A stretch of 48,971 nucleotides of DNA, filler included, from Ionaspis alba (Eukaryota), in NCBI GenBank assembly GCA_964255285.1. It is 2 parts of 2 records of this genome, joined end to end, with 100 filler letters (N's around TTAATTAATTAA, not from the genome) between each part and the next. Parts side by side here need not be neighbours in the genome. Positions count along the whole stretch, not along the records: positions 24,666 to 48,971 come from CAXUUL010000173.1; 1 more part is not named here. The stretch is one strand, 5' to 3'. The notes beneath the pieces are model-generated. The model did not search any database. It was given only the letters and a program-made list of their open reading frames with translations, and was not told where the DNA came from. This document shows positions 36,842-47,176 of this stretch, in pieces. Made by a program: the position numbers and the translations under genes. Position 1 is the first letter of the stretch. Each line of letters starts with the position of its first letter.

Positions 36842-36958
36842 TCGTCGTCGAAACATGCAATGACCAACGGAAAGCCAAAGGCGGTGAACGGAGGAGTGCC
36901 GCAGAAAGGTTTAGCCAGTAACGGATCGTTTGCGAATTCGACGAATGTTGTTGGCTGA
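36842..36958 (+). CDS. Probable low-complexity C-terminal tail of Mcd4
   Basis: An open frame after the gap reads SSSKHAMTNGKPKAVNGGVPQKGLASNGSFANSTNVVG*. Assigned by position only. Confidence 0.35.
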   Translation, partial: SSSKHAMTNGKPKAVNGGVPQKGLASNGSFANSTNVVG

Positions 36959-37712
36959 GTACGGCCGTGCCCTAGATCAGGACGCGGACGTTACTACGCC
37001 ACATCTTTTTCCCAAACACCGGACAGTCTGGGCACCCTACTGCTAGCTAAAGGATCGCTAGAAAGCCCTAGAATTGTCAAAGCTTGATAAGGTCTACGGG
37101 ACAGCCTGTCTACATTGCCAGCGTCTCAGTACTATCACGCAGACGAGCAGGGCAGACCATGAGCGCGGAGAATTGCCCTTGCGGCCATTCTTCTACTACT
37201 AGAAGCGGTAGCGAAATCTGTGCACAATTCAGTAGTGGCTATCTAGGTTGTCGTCTGGAATCTTCGTCAAGCTGGGATCTGGTTTGGAGGCTCTTTACAG
37301 AATTTGTTCACATTGTGATTCGATATCCATATTAGATGACACAAATATGACTGGTTTATCTAAATGATGAATATTAGTCCGACCACAGGTACGTAGACGA
37401 TTACTCAAGCTCGTTCCGCGATTTATATGGAATGAAGTAAAGGTGAAGGACTAGTCATAGCGCAATAAGAAATGCAAATCATGATTTATCTCCGTTGACG
37501 TGGGACAACGCTCTTCGGATCATGATCCCCTCATTGGGACTCGCTTGATGCTTCACACCTGCTACACCCGAAGGGTCACGTTGATCATCAGCCAGGCCGT
37601 CACCCACTGAACCAATTTCGTTCTGATGTGCACGAAGCAAGTGACCTTTGTATGCTGGATGATTTTATCTCACCGTCCATCTCATCTCCATTTCTGAGCA
37701 CCCATCGAGGTT

Positions 37713-40700
37713 ATGGCCACTCTTGGGCCCTCTCATAATGGTGGGCTGCCGAACACCAACGCTGCACCCAATTCGCAAACACCAGGCCACCCAAGTTTCA
37801 GGAGGTGAGAGAGAACTTGTCGCGTGAAGACGAGAGGAATACTGATGATAGTTATGGATTCCCAGGCAACGCGCCTCGAGAGCCTGCGAGGTATGTGGTC
37901 GAGACCGAAGCTTTCACACATTCCATTCTTCCCCTTCAACACCTCGGCACCTCGGTCTTTTGCTAACAACCGGCTTGCTGTACAGACATGCCATTCGCGG
38001 AAGGTTCGTGGTTCGCTGTCCCTATCATCGGTTCCCAAATCCTCTGCCGCGGCTTCGAGAAAACTAAAAGCGGTCTGTTCAGGTCCGTTGCGACGCTGCG
38101 AGCTTAGGTGTGCCCTGTACCAATTGCGTTGCCTTCTCCATTGAATGCAAGATCCCTACACCCAAGCGGAAGAAGGCGCATGGAAAGACAAAGGACTCTG
38201 ATAGGTAAGTAGGCAGTGCATGGGAGACCGTCAAGGACCTTGTGACTGACTGGCATCACTACTCACAGCGAACCAAATGACTCTGTGCTCGGACAAACAC
38301 CACCTCCAAATCATGGCACTGGCATCAACTCTAATGGAAGTCCTACATCCTACAACAACGGAGATGGCATGCCAGCGACGACGTTGTCCGATGCTCAAGG
38401 GGCTCAGCAGATTAGGGATAATGGAACGCTGGTACAATTCATGAAACCCAAGTTTGCGAGAGCACCAATCAAGGAGGCTGGGAGGGTTGCCTATCTTGGG
38501 GAATCATCCAACCTTTCCCTTCTCGTTCAGGATAGGCATGGAAACGCAGATGTGGTACATTATCCTTTGCCAGACACAGTCAAAGGCTCAAGAGCCAGGT
38601 TGACAGAGCTCGACAACGTCGAGATCGACATTCTCCACCAGCGAGGCGCATTCCTCCTACCTCCTCGTGCTCTTTGCGACGAGTTGGTGGAATCATTCTT
38701 CAAATGGGTTGCACCAGTTGTACCAGTCATCAATCGCAGCCGCTTCATGCGACGGTATCGTGATACCAAGAATCCACCATCGCTGCTCCTTCTGCAAGCT
38801 ATCCTACTTGCTGGGTCCAGAGTTTGTACCAATCCGCAACTGATGGACGCGAATGGATCCACGACGCCTGCTGCGATGACCTTCTACAAACGTGCAAAGG
38901 CCCTTTACGACGCCAACTACGAGGATGACCGTGTCACAATTGTACAAGCGCTCGTGTTGATGGGCTGGTACTGGGAAGGACCAGAAGGCAAGTAAAGAGA
39001 GCTTGACAACATAACAAAAGGCTTTAGTTTTAATGTCGTATCAGATGTTACGAAGAACGTGTTTTACTGGAGCCGAGTCGCCACCATTGTTGCACAAGGC
39101 TCAGGCATGCATAGAAGGTAACATTACCCTGTCGCCTTGGAATGCAATGCTAATAGAAAACAGCGTAGAGGGCTCTCAACTAAGCAGAGCTGACAAGCGA
39201 CTATGGAAACGGATCTGGTGGACTCTCTTCACGCGAGACAGATCGGTGGCCGTAGCCTTGGGTCGTCCAGTGCACATCAACACCGCTGACTCAGACGTCG
39301 AAATGGTGTCGGAAGACGACTTTGTGGAAGACGAAGTCGATCAGCCAGCGGAGTTCCCACCAGATCACGTGCACGTACAGTTTTTCTTGCAGTATGTTCG
39401 GTTGTGCGAAATCATGGGCCTTGTTCTTTCTCAGCAATATTCTGTGGCATCAAAGGCAAGGCGACAGAATGCCTTCGATCTCACGTCCAGTGGCATGGCG
39501 TTGGCAGATTGGCTACAGAATTGTTCGAAAGAAGTGTACTGGGAGAAGCCTCGACATCACTTCTGGTCTGCTCTACTGCATCTCAACTATTAGTTCGTCA
39601 GCTAGAACATCCCGATATTATATTCTACTAATGCCCACTAGCACGGCGCTGTGTCTCCTGCATAGAGCTCACATGCCACCTGCAACGCCACACAATAGCA
39701 GTCAAGCGAATGGTTATCCGGACGATGCGGCTTATCCATCACGGACTATCGCTTTCCAGGCAGCTGCAATGATCACTGCTATCGTGGAAAATCTGGTCGT
39801 TCATGATGAGCTCAAATACACTCCAGCTTTTATGTAAGTCGGTCGATCTACTAGCTGAGTTACCCTGACCTCGACCCTAGTGTCTACAGCTTATTTTCGG
39901 CCCTTATTATGCACGTGTATCAGATGAGATCGTCAAATCCATCTGTTGTTTCAACTACTCAAGAACGGGTGCAAGTCTGCATGGATGCATTGAAGGAAGT
40001 CTCGAAGGTGTGGCTTGTTGCGAAAATGGTGCACACATTGTTCTTGTCAATTTTTGGCAACAAGAATCTCGAAGAAAAGCTGCAAAAATCTGCCGGAAAG
40101 CGACACAAGAAGCCTCGACTGGAACATTCGCAAGGTCCTGTCAAGGACGAGCAGAAGACCCGATTCGATGACTCTGGCTTCGGCTACACAACCGGTCCTC
40201 CAGCACCACAGGTCTCGTATGAGCGATCTCGGCCGCAGACACCCGCTGTAACTCCGTCTCGAGATCTCGGCCAACCAGCGGTACCTATGGCAGCTCCCTC
40301 GACCACCTCACCCAACATGCGCAACGGCAATGATATGTTCCTCTCAGGGAATTCTCGCGGCAATACACGTCCTCCTACTCCCTTCAACGCCAACTACGGC
40401 TACTCCGTCCCTGCCACGCCTCCCGACCTCTATCTCGTCACTCGCAATTCACCGCCCATCTCTCAAAGTCTCTGGGAGAATTTCCAGCCTGATCAGCTCT
40501 TTCCTGAAAGTACGAATATGATGTTCCCTCAGCAGTTCAATAGCAGCCCGCAGAACCTTGATCCCCAATTGTCCATGCCTTCCCTTCACACATCCAACAT
40601 GCAGCAACAACCCATGCCAGGACAGCAGCAGCATCTGCCACAACGTGGCATGCGTGGCTCTGGTGATGGTGCTGGGATGCAGGGAATGGGTGGAATGGGC

Positions 40701-40928
40701 ATGGATGGGGGATGGCCCAATCAGATGGGTTCGGAGGATAGCTGGAGTAATAGCAGTCGCGGGCAGCCAATTGCGCCAACGACGTTAAACGTTGAGGATT
40801 GGTAAGTCGCTCCAGTGCTCCGTTGTTGCAGGTCGGACGTCAATGCTAATACTCGTTACTACAGGATTCAGTTCTTTGGCGTGAATATCGGCGACGTCGA
40901 TAATCTGACAGCTGAGGGGCCCATGTAG
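37713..40928 (+). CDS. farA: Zn(II)2Cys6 fatty-acid utilisation regulator FarA / cutinase transcription factor 1 alpha, ~884 aa
   Basis: Exons 37713-37804, 37866-37890, 37986-38003, 38083-38204, 38269-38987, 39045-39117, 39164-39592, 39642-39833, 39881-40801, 40865-40928. Spliced HPSFRRQRASRACETCHSRKVRCDAASLGVPCTNCVAFSIECKIP; GRVAYLGESSN; WEGPEDVTKNVFYW; LWKRIWWTLFTRDR; TTLNVEDWIQFFG. Confidence 0.93.
37940..37955 (+). promoter_or_regulatory. Tandem CACCTCGG x2 (two FarA core sites) in farA intron 2
   Basis: Sequence CACCTCGGCACCTCGG, with CCTCGG at 37942-37947 and 37950-37955 inside intron 37891-37985. Confidence 0.4.
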
Positions 40929-41160
40929 ATTTTGTTCTTTATGATTTTATGATGGCTCGGCAAAAGGGCAAAGAGGGTGTTTAGAGCCCCGAAGGCTGCA
41001 TGGAGATGTGGCGAGGTTTAGGATCGCTTGCTACAATCCACTTGCAAGGGAGCATGTTGTCTCGATTAATCTGTTTTTTGGTGATTGCTTCGATTCATAT
41101 CAATTTTTATAATGCGATGAGGCTTCCGTCGGTCGCCGTCTCCCGCTTCTCGTCATGGAA

Positions 41161-41260
41161 NNNNNNNNNNNNNNNNNNNNNNNNNNNNNNNNNNNNNNNN
41201 NNNNNNNNNNNNNNNNNNNNNNNNNNNNNNNNNNNNNNNNNNNNNNNNNNNNNNNNNNNN
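41161..41260. other. Assembly gap (100 N)
   Basis: N run in the intergenic region between farA and the LysM gene. Confidence 0.9.
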
Positions 41261-41502
41261 AAATAGGCGAGAGCAGAATGAATACCCGCGCCGATTGCGT
41301 CTCTCGCGCTTCGGTAGCTGCCACTTACAGATCGTGCATAAAACCCAACAAACATACCAACAGACCATTGTCTTGCTCAGGAGGACACTTTCCGTCTCAG
41401 GATAGCGGCATACCATGATTTCCGGGGATTGTTTCCAGGTGAAGCATAACAGGGGGCTCCAATGGTGATCAGATCGACTCGGCAAGGTGGGCTGCGTCAG
41501 CC

Positions 41503-43257
41503 ATGAACTCCCAACCCCAAAACGCTGGCACATCAGCAACTCTACGACCGCGGAACAGACGCCTAATCTCCCTCGATGATGGATTCGAAACACTCGACAG
41601 TGGATCATCGCCAAAGATCACCTCGCAACAGTCCACCACATCCTCGTCTCTACGCTCCAGAGCTGCTTCTCCCATACCATCCACCCACCCTTCCCGTTCC
41701 ACCTCATCGATCCGAAGACCGCCACAGAGATTACAGCAGACCAATGGAATACTGGGGAGCTCCGAGACTGGACCTTCACAAGCCGCTCCATCTCTGTTTT
41801 CTACAGGCTTGTGGGAAACGTCATGGTCATCATTGCAGGGCATAGCCTCTAACTTGCTCGGCAACGACGCGAGTATCTCGAAGGGCAAGGCTAGAGCAGC
41901 AGCTTCACCGAGACGAAGGCGATCAAGAGAAGGGATAAACGGACTATTTTCAAGCTTCCCCGGGCCAGAAGAGTGGGGACCGTCTGGCAATTCGGACAGA
42001 CACCTTGCACTTGGCTCAAAAGCGGACCGACTGGCGCAAGTACAGGCAAAGAAGAGAGAGGTATTGCTAGCTGCCAACGGACCCACGAACTCAGACTCGA
42101 CCGGCAAATATAAGAGGAGGACTTCGGAGGAAGAAGACCGATCGTCTGCCTCACTAGATAGCCCAGACACTGAGGCTCTAGTGTACCTTCACCACGTTCA
42201 GCAGAGTGATACACTTGCTGGCGTCACAATCAAGTACAGCTGCCCTGCACCTGTCTTCCGGAAAGCCAATAGGCTGTGGCCGAACGACAGCATCCAGATA
42301 CGGAAGGTGGTCTACCTACCCGTGGAAGCTTGTGGCGTGAAGGGTCGCAAGATATCTGAGCCGAACGAATCACTCAATATGCTCGGAAGCGGCAGCACTA
42401 GTGAAGGAATCCCGTTCACAACTTCATTAAAATCATCATACCCAGCGCGGTCTACTTCATCCCAACCGCAACCGACCAACTCAACCCCTATTCCCAGCCT
42501 TCCTACATCCCCATCACTCTCAACCACCAATCCGGAGACCATCCCTTGGACACACGACTCCTGGGTCTTAATAGACTCAACCCCTACCGCCATAGAGATT
42601 GTCCGCCTCTCTCGGCGCGCTCTAGGGTTTTTCCCTCCACGACGGCGAAAATCAATCGCATATTCCGACCTCGATTCGCCTCCACACTCGCTCGACCTCT
42701 CCCGACCCAGTATTACCATTTCTCCCAGACGACCTAGTTCATCTGCACGGTACGCTTCACCTCGGCGCGTCGACGGGTCCCGCTCCTCCTCTGGCTCTTA
42801 CCTTGCAACGGCGCTTACAGGTCCTGGCGGTGTTGGCACTTTCGGGCGGGATGTGCATATCCCGGGTCCGGCGCAGGATAAGCTGAATCAGCTGTTTGCG
42901 CCGCATTTGCCGAATGTGGCACCTAGGTCGTCGTTCGAAAGCACGACTTCAAACTCCTCGACAGGGATCGAGAATGTGAGCGGTGCAATTGAGGGCTGGG
43001 TCCGGAAAATGGCGACGAAGGCTGCGGCAGTTGTGCAGCCGCTGGAAGGGGAAGCCAGGAAGGGTGGAGATCTGATTGAATTGGTGGAAAGCTCGGAGGG
43101 TGGTGGGGAGGACGAAAGTGATAGGGGAACTATACGGGGTAGGACGAGTGCTGGAGATAGGGATGAGGAGGAGAGGTTGTTGAGGGAAAGGTTTCCGATA
43201 CGAGGGAGAGTATTCGAGGATGAGGGAAGGAAGAGGCGGGAAGTGAGGGAAGGGTGA
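41503..43257 (+). CDS. Intracellular single-LysM-domain protein, 584 aa, intronless
   Basis: LysM motif YLHHVQQSDTLAGVTIKYSCPAPVFRKANRLWPNDSIQIRKVVYLPV; no signal peptide; S/P/R-rich disordered flanks; GPGGVG block. Confidence 0.85.
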   Translation: MNSQPQNAGTSATLRPRNRRLISLDDGFETLDSGSSPKITSQQSTTSSSLRSRAASPIPSTHPSRSTSSIRRPPQRLQQTNGILGSSETGPSQAAPSLFSTGLWETSWSSLQGIASNLLGNDASISKGKARAAASPRRRRSREGINGLFSSFPGPEEWGPSGNSDRHLALGSKADRLAQVQAKKREVLLAANGPTNSDSTGKYKRRTSEEEDRSSASLDSPDTEALVYLHHVQQSDTLAGVTIKYSCPAPVFRKANRLWPNDSIQIRKVVYLPVEACGVKGRKISEPNESLNMLGSGSTSEGIPFTTSLKSSYPARSTSSQPQPTNSTPIPSLPTSPSLSTTNPETIPWTHDSWVLIDSTPTAIEIVRLSRRALGFFPPRRRKSIAYSDLDSPPHSLDLSRPSITISPRRPSSSARYASPRRVDGSRSSSGSYLATALTGPGGVGTFGRDVHIPGPAQDKLNQLFAPHLPNVAPRSSFESTTSNSSTGIENVSGAIEGWVRKMATKAAAVVQPLEGEARKGGDLIELVESSEGGGEDESDRGTIRGRTSAGDRDEEERLLRERFPIRGRVFEDEGRKRREVREG

Positions 43258-43645
43258 GGCGTTACAATACGTCTTCTAGTTCAGGATATGGGAGGCCGGC
43301 CGTGAGTAGTGTTTTAGCGTCTTACAATATCCATCGAATATCGAATCAAGATTTTTCACACTTTAAACATTCAGTCACTCCGACTCCAGCCGGGGACCTT
43401 GGCTGTAGGCAATGCGGCTAGCAACCGTGTCTCTCACCACCATTAACAAAGACAGGAAGCATCTTATGTTTTGCAATCTTCAGACAGTCGGGTTATTCAG
43501 TTCAGATATTCACATAGACAGTTCTGGTTCTACTAGCCAGAAATAATATGTTCAGCCACCCGCTTGATGATGGACCATTTTCACCGACTTTGGCTATATT
43601 TCGCAAAGCTTGGCACATGTAAAGCAAGACCTGGGCAAAGTACAG

Positions 43646-46600
43646 CTACATAGTCTTCCTCGGCCTACCACGCCTTGCTTTGCTCGTAGACCCATTGACT
43701 AGTGCCCTTGCTTCGCCTTTCTTTGGCTTGTATTCAACCTCATCGTCGCTTCCCGAGCCTTCCGTGTCTGAGTCATGCTCGTCGCTATCGTGAGCAAAGT
43801 AGTGGCTTCTGACAGCAGTTTCGCTTTTCCTGGCGGCTGTGCGTCTAGGACGAGGCTTGTTGGTTTTGCTCAAGGCCGGCTGGGATTCATGACCTTCAGC
43901 TGGAGATGGGGCTGAATTATCTGGCACTTGTGCGGTGTTATCCTCGTTCTCAACAGACGGCTCGACTAATGGCTTGGGCTTCCGTCCTCTTGCTTTTGGC
44001 GTGGTTTTTGGGACTGTATGTGAAGACCGGGCTTTGCGAGGTTTCGTGGCAGAAGCGTTGCCATTGGCAGCTCCATTGGAAGTAGATTTCGTCGTGGCTT
44101 TTGCTTTTGGCCCCCGCTTCAGCTTGGGTGTAATCTTTGCCTCTGTATCCTCATCGGTTTCCGAAGTATCACTATCTGCAGAACCTACAAATCTGAGTTG
44201 AGGCTCCTCACGCCGGGGTGGCTCTGGACTACTGGTCGAAACGGAAGTGTCCTTCGGTGTTTCGTGTGCCTCGAGGATGAAGCCACGGTCCTCATGGCGT
44301 TCATGTGCTTCACTGTTGTGTTCGTCTCGAATGAAACCTCCCTCAACATTGTCGTCTGGAAGAAAGCCTCCCGCCATGGTTTTGTCGTGATCGTTCTGGG
44401 GCGATGTAGTACCATGGACGTGTGGCGATTCAACACCTCCATCGTTCTTCAATTTCGAGCTCTTGCCTTTTTTAGTGAAGGGATTCATCTCCTCTTTCAT
44501 ATGAGCTTCGGCATCTCCTCCATACTCTTCCCGCACTCGCTCAACAATTCTCAAGCCCATCAGGAACTTCCGCCACATTGATAAAGCCGCCTTCTCCCTC
44601 TTCCCTTCCTCCTTGATCTTCCTCTCCTCCTCATCCTTTTCCCAAGCATCAATGACTAAATCTTCGTTCTCTTCAGCAACGATGACACCAGTAATAACAG
44701 GCACAGCCCGTTGGTTGCCAAATTCAAACCCCGTAACAGCTTCTGCGTAGTCGATGCCAAGTTTCTTGCAGACTTTAGTGGTGCCTTTCAACGGAATGTG
44801 TATCGCGCCTTTAGGTACCATTGTAGGTACGAAGCAATCCATATTGCCAAACGCATTCTTGGGGATGACACCATTCTCGATCGGCGGCGGAATGATCCAT
44901 TCTGTCTGATCCCGGGAGAACATGCCCTGCATCATCTTCTCACCTCCATCTCTTTCCGCCTCTTCCACCTCTCGCTTCCGCGTCAATGTCATGGCACGTA
45001 CGGGCACCATCTTCATGGGGTACTCGCCAACTTTAATTTGACGACCTTCTTTATGCCAGCTCTCGCCCGTACGGCAGATGACCACATCCTTGCGTTTGTA
45101 GACAGGTTCTTCTTTAATCTTATCGCCTTTGCCCGAGGTGAAAGTTTTGACTGGCTGCGAAGCCGGAAGTAGAGCCTCTTCTCGCCGTAGATGCCTTTCG
45201 AGAACATATTCAGCAGACTGCTTGTAGCCCTGCAACGTCTCTTCACCTTCCTTTGCTTCCTTCTTTTCTGGTTTTATTGGCTTGAGATCTTTCGCGTCTT
45301 CCAAATCATCCGCTGTTGTCCGCAGTCTGTCGTGTTTCTTATACCCACTCATAACAGTTTTAAACCAATCATACTCTTCGTTACGTTTGACCTTTCCACG
45401 TCTATTAAGGATAGGGACTTTCTCCATAGGCATCCTCATACCTTTGGTCTTCCCGGGCCACATGTGACGTTTCAGATAGCGTGTGGTAACCTCCTTCGCG
45501 CTACCATCTTGAGAATACGCAATAACATAAGCTATGACCTGCTTGGCTTTATCTGCCTTGGCGCCTCTTGGTTCAAATGATGCCAGGTCTTCCTGCTTGG
45601 TAGCCACGGATGGAGTCAATACCATTGAATCAACAGCGTAGACTTCGTAAGTAACGGGAGATATGACTTCGGTCCAATATATTGGAAAAGGGAGGTCCCT
45701 GTCAAAGTTCATATTAGGCTTCCTCTGCGCCACTGATGGTGTGACATCAACGACAGATTCATCGTCAGCATCATCGTCCGAAGCTGCTAGGCTACTCAAG
45801 TCACTGTCATCTGACAGCTTGATTGGTGCATCTTTGCTACCGCTAGACCCCTGACCTTGTAGTCTACTCTTAACTGAATTGGATGAAGACTTCATTTTGG
45901 TGGCTTTCCCTTTCGAGGCTACGCTCGGACCGGAGCCAATGTCGTTGACAATCGGGTCTTCCGTGTCGCTGTCCTCAGGCAAGTTCTTGTTGTCTCTGGT
46001 CCTTCGCTTCTTCTTTATCATTGCCTCCTCGGCTTTACTCCATCCAAAGCCTATCGGCTGGACATTTGCGACCAGCCTGGCCTCTATCCCAAGTCCACGA
46101 ATCAATGCAGTAAAGAGCTGGGCACCCAAATCTCGACTGCCTTCGCCCCTTTGTGCACTTTTTCTGAACTCCTTCAGGTCTGCGATTTTCTCTCCATGCT
46201 CCTCAGGATCGTGCTTGTCGTTATGAAAGGACACTATCTCTTCTTCCAGGACAGCGAGTGGTTTGTAGCCTTGCTTCCGCAGCCCAGGAGCGGTAATCCT
46301 GAACCTTTTTCTCCAGTACGCCGCGAGGTATTTGAGAAGCCGAATAACGGGATCCCCTTGGCTCATATTAGGCATACCCGGTTCCAATCTCTCCGCAGGT
46401 CTTCCCCAATCGCGCTGTGATCTGACATTATCACTAGCTCGACCGCCTCTTGGTCTGCCCCTTCCTCTCCGCTGTGATGGTGACGGTCTCGACTCTTTCT
46501 TTTGAACGACCATGCCAGATGCCCTCTTCCATGTCTCGACTTCCCCCTTCATCTGCGCAGAGAGCTGATCCACGAGTATCTTCTGCACCTCCTTATCACA

Positions 46601-47107
46601 GCACCACCCATTTCTTGTCAAATTGTGGAACATCAGAAACTGAACATGCATGCAATGCGTAGACGTCCGAATTTGCCTTTCAATTTTACTAGGTCCCTTC
46701 TTCTTGTCGTGAGGATTCGTCAAAGAGCCTATACGCTTACTCTTGTCGAGCGTGAGCTCAAGGTCACCGGAAGGTAGTGGCCCCGGCGTGACCGGAGTAG
46801 AAGCTTGTGCTTGTATGGCGTCTTCCCAGTCCATCTCTTCCTCATCCTCCTCATCCTGGGCAACTTTGCGGCGCTTCGCAGGGTTTTCGGGTAGCACATC
46901 TTCGAAATCTGAACTTCCGGCTTCGCTGAGGGAGCTATCGCTGCCTGCATCATTGAGTTCGTTGATGAATTTCTGGTTGGCTTGAAATGAGATGGCGGGC
47001 TTCACACTATCGACTGTATCGAAGAGGGTAGGCTTTTTTGCTCTCTTCGGAGTTGGAGCTTGAGGCGGTGTAGATAAACGACGCTTCCGAGCGACGAACG
47101 GCGGCAT
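43646..47107 (-). CDS. Rad4/XPC-family DNA damage recognition protein, 1153 aa, intronless
   Basis: Transglutaminase-like domain (GSRDLGAQLFTALIRGLG, PIYWTEV, AKEVTTRY) and BHD1-3 (YVLERHLRREE, ESWHKEGR, IPKNAFGNMD, YAEAVTGFEFG). The paralog (Rad4 vs Rad34/Rhp42 type) is not resolved. Confidence 0.92.
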   Translation of the reverse strand: MPPFVARKRRLSTPPQAPTPKRAKKPTLFDTVDSVKPAISFQANQKFINELNDAGSDSSLSEAGSSDFEDVLPENPAKRRKVAQDEEDEEEMDWEDAIQAQASTPVTPGPLPSGDLELTLDKSKRIGSLTNPHDKKKGPSKIERQIRTSTHCMHVQFLMFHNLTRNGWCCDKEVQKILVDQLSAQMKGEVETWKRASGMVVQKKESRPSPSQRRGRGRPRGGRASDNVRSQRDWGRPAERLEPGMPNMSQGDPVIRLLKYLAAYWRKRFRITAPGLRKQGYKPLAVLEEEIVSFHNDKHDPEEHGEKIADLKEFRKSAQRGEGSRDLGAQLFTALIRGLGIEARLVANVQPIGFGWSKAEEAMIKKKRRTRDNKNLPEDSDTEDPIVNDIGSGPSVASKGKATKMKSSSNSVKSRLQGQGSSGSKDAPIKLSDDSDLSSLAASDDDADDESVVDVTPSVAQRKPNMNFDRDLPFPIYWTEVISPVTYEVYAVDSMVLTPSVATKQEDLASFEPRGAKADKAKQVIAYVIAYSQDGSAKEVTTRYLKRHMWPGKTKGMRMPMEKVPILNRRGKVKRNEEYDWFKTVMSGYKKHDRLRTTADDLEDAKDLKPIKPEKKEAKEGEETLQGYKQSAEYVLERHLRREEALLPASQPVKTFTSGKGDKIKEEPVYKRKDVVICRTGESWHKEGRQIKVGEYPMKMVPVRAMTLTRKREVEEAERDGGEKMMQGMFSRDQTEWIIPPPIENGVIPKNAFGNMDCFVPTMVPKGAIHIPLKGTTKVCKKLGIDYAEAVTGFEFGNQRAVPVITGVIVAEENEDLVIDAWEKDEEERKIKEEGKREKAALSMWRKFLMGLRIVERVREEYGGDAEAHMKEEMNPFTKKGKSSKLKNDGGVESPHVHGTTSPQNDHDKTMAGGFLPDDNVEGGFIRDEHNSEAHERHEDRGFILEAHETPKDTSVSTSSPEPPRREEPQLRFVGSADSDTSETDEDTEAKITPKLKRGPKAKATTKSTSNGAANGNASATKPRKARSSHTVPKTTPKARGRKPKPLVEPSVENEDNTAQVPDNSAPSPAEGHESQPALSKTNKPRPRRTAARKSETAVRSHYFAHDSDEHDSDTEGSGSDDEVEYKPKKGEARALVNGSTSKARRGRPRKTM

Positions 47108-47176
47108 CTTTCCAACAAGATATGAGAACGTGCTCGTCCATAAAAGAAAACGCTACGCTTGGGCGCGTCTTCTCGG

